Positions 35,451-37,673 of a stretch of DNA of 37,673 bases are shown here, in pieces. This DNA comes from Octopus sinensis. Lineage: Eukaryota. Location: positions 1-37,673 of the forward strand of contig NW_021831737.1 in NCBI RefSeq assembly GCF_006345805.1, given 5' to 3'. Both the position numbers and the translations under genes were made by a program. The notes under the pieces are model-generated. The model saw only the letters and a program-made list of their open reading frames with translations, ran no database searches and was not told the DNA's origin. Position 1 is the first letter of the stretch. Every line of letters starts with the position of its first letter.

Positions 35451-36206
35451 ATATCATCTCTTTCTCCCTCTCGCACTCATTATAAACAAACCTGTTAATA
35501 TGTACATACGTACACACACATACATACACAATATGTAATACAACATGTATACAAATACATACACACATAGACTCACTCATACGGACACACGGACACACAC
35601 ACATGCACACGCACACACATGCATCTGTATGGATGCGCATATGTGTTATACCGCCAAAGTGTTTTGAATGTCAGTCGAAGATTGAAAAAGAGATTCATAA
35701 TAGCCTTAAGCAAGTTTGGATACCGTTACAATTATAAAATATGATAGAAATCCAAAAAGTCCAATTTGCAATCCGCAGCACTGCACATCGAAACAAAATG
35801 AATTACGGAAGAAAACGCTGAGCATGATGCATCTAGAAAAATGTGCAGACAGGAAATTCAAGATGTCTTCCGTCTACAAACGCCCAAAGGGATGAAGCAA
35901 AGTACCGGAAGACAATGGAACTGCATTTTATCAAAAAGTTCTTAGCTAAACTTAAACGTTTGTAGATGCATTCGAAAAAACAAAATTGACATCTTGAAGC
36001 GTCAACTTCAAACGAGTGTGAAACTACTGATAATAAGAATACAGTAAAAATCCATCTCAGAGCAAAAGAAGAAAAGAAAAGACCCTTTTCTCCCTTTCTT
36101 TCTTTCCTTCTTTCTTTCTTTCTGCTTTCAGCTTTCTTTTTCTCTTTCCCCCTTTCTTTCCTGCCCTTCTTTCTTTATCTCTTTCCTTCTTTCCTCTTTT
36201 TCCCCT

Positions 36207-36242
<36 letters not shown>

Positions 36243-36536
36243 TAACCTCCGGGGGTTCACCAAACACGCGTTTGCACACACATACAGATATGCACACAGA
36301 TATGCACACATATGTACACGCGTATTTGTATAAATACGCGTATAGATAACAAAACAAAAAAAACATTTTCTTTCAGATCTATATAAAAGGCAAAAGCAAT
36401 TTATGTAAAAAATCATATCTGACGAGTCTCCGAAACGAATTAGATGAAAGCGCTAATAAGCAATTATCCAAAATTTCGACTACCTCCAGTTTCTTAGTAT
36501 ATAAAATCTGTACACCACTTCAAACAATCCACACAC

Positions 36537-36610
<74 letters not shown>

Positions 36611-36659
36611 ATATATATAATATATATATATATATATGATTTTGTGGGTTTCGCTAAGA

Positions 36660-37077
36660 CCTTGCAAGTGGGGCCCAGTTAGAATTTTCTTCTGGTCGAG
36701 TAGCGCATCCCGCTGAAAAGGTCCCTGAATAAGGATTGTTTAAGGATGTTGATCGAAACACCCATGTTTCCAGAGGTGAATTATTCAAACCCCAGAGAAT
36801 TCCTCTCAATACATGGCTATGATGCTCCCCCACTACTTCTGCTTGTGATCTGAGATGCACATATCATCAGCCAATAAGGGTCATGCTCAACTGGTTATGG
36901 TCAAACAACTGACAAGCAAATCTGTGGTATTCAGCAGAATATTTGCTGTAGCCCATCTTTTATACCAAGACAAAACAATGTACATGATAACACTTCCAAT
37001 CAGTTAAGATCAGAAGCCACGAGAGCCACTGCCTGGTACTGCATCAGGGCATTTATTATCATTATCATTGTTGTTGG

Positions 37078-37118
<41 letters not shown>

Positions 37119-37673
37119 ATCATGTGAGAGAGCCGTGCTTGCCATCAAAGTGACACTGGGGTAAAATATACGAAGCCCAGTATACCCATCATGACTACCC
37201 GTCTGATAAGGGTACGCCAGGCACATGCATCACAACCATATGTGCGCAACATGGTGATTTCATATCAAGATAAACAGCACATGACCTTACAGATGGGGAC
37301 CAGTTAGAATTTTCTTCTGGTCGAGTAACCCATCCCGCTGAAAAGGTCCCTGAATAAGGATTGTTTAAGGATGTTGAACGAAACACCCATGTTTCCAAAG
37401 GTGAATTATCCAAACCTCCAAGAATCCCTCTCAACACACGGCTATGATGCTCCCCCACTACTTCTGCTTGTGATCAGAGATGCACATATCGTCACTAAGG
37501 GTCATGCTCAACTGGTTATGGTCAAACTGACAAGCAAATCTGTGGTATTCAGCAGAATATTTGCTGTAGCCCATCTTTTATACCAAGACAAAACAATGTA
37601 CATGATAACACTTCCAATCGGTTAAGATCAGAAGCCACGGGAGCCACTGTCTGGTACTGCATCAGGGCATTTA
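36660..37673 (-). mobile_element. Two adjacent copies of a retroposon (SINE or LINE 3' end), second ending in a (CAA)n tail
   Basis: 36670-37052 is homologous to about 37297-37673; the second copy continues to about 37120 and ends in (AAC)n on the minus strand. Confidence 0.65.

Noticed and set aside
35645-36050. Unique, possibly coding stretch
   Set aside because: All frames interrupted and no recognisable family or splice signals.
36860-36875. CTGATGA on the minus strand
   Set aside because: No downstream GAAA or helices, and not conserved in the sister copy near 37490.

Overview
Non-coding, extremely repeat-rich animal DNA. The SINE families and microsatellite spectrum look cephalopod (Octopus-like); this is inference. 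One real coding exon was found, on the minus strand (19236-18827): the first coding exon of a cGMP-dependent protein kinase (PKG), with an MGxxxS myristoylation motif, coiled-coil zipper, KRQGVSGES pseudosubstrate and a phase-2 GT donor. Its exon appears to start at an acceptor near 19734 and to carry a repeat-rich leader with a uORF. The rest is tRNA-derived SINEs (three families, one forming five head-to-tail arrays), a complete 396-bp non-autonomous Helitron, a mariner 3' remnant, snap-back hairpins and microsatellites. The most interesting signal is a set of short, probably Penelope-like elements abutting microsatellites (mostly (AT)n) that carry hammerhead ribozyme (HHR) motifs of several architectures. 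One family (3 copies: 32410-32470 minus, 33482-33542 minus, 13141-13195 plus) has its three catalytic strands in a non-circularly permuted (pseudoknotted) order, with helices I and III supported by covariation. Other signals are SINE arrays that look built by self-targeting at GGT sites and an 8.2-kb inverted-repeat structure. Ribozyme activity and family names are inferred by eye; no searches or folding programs were run.
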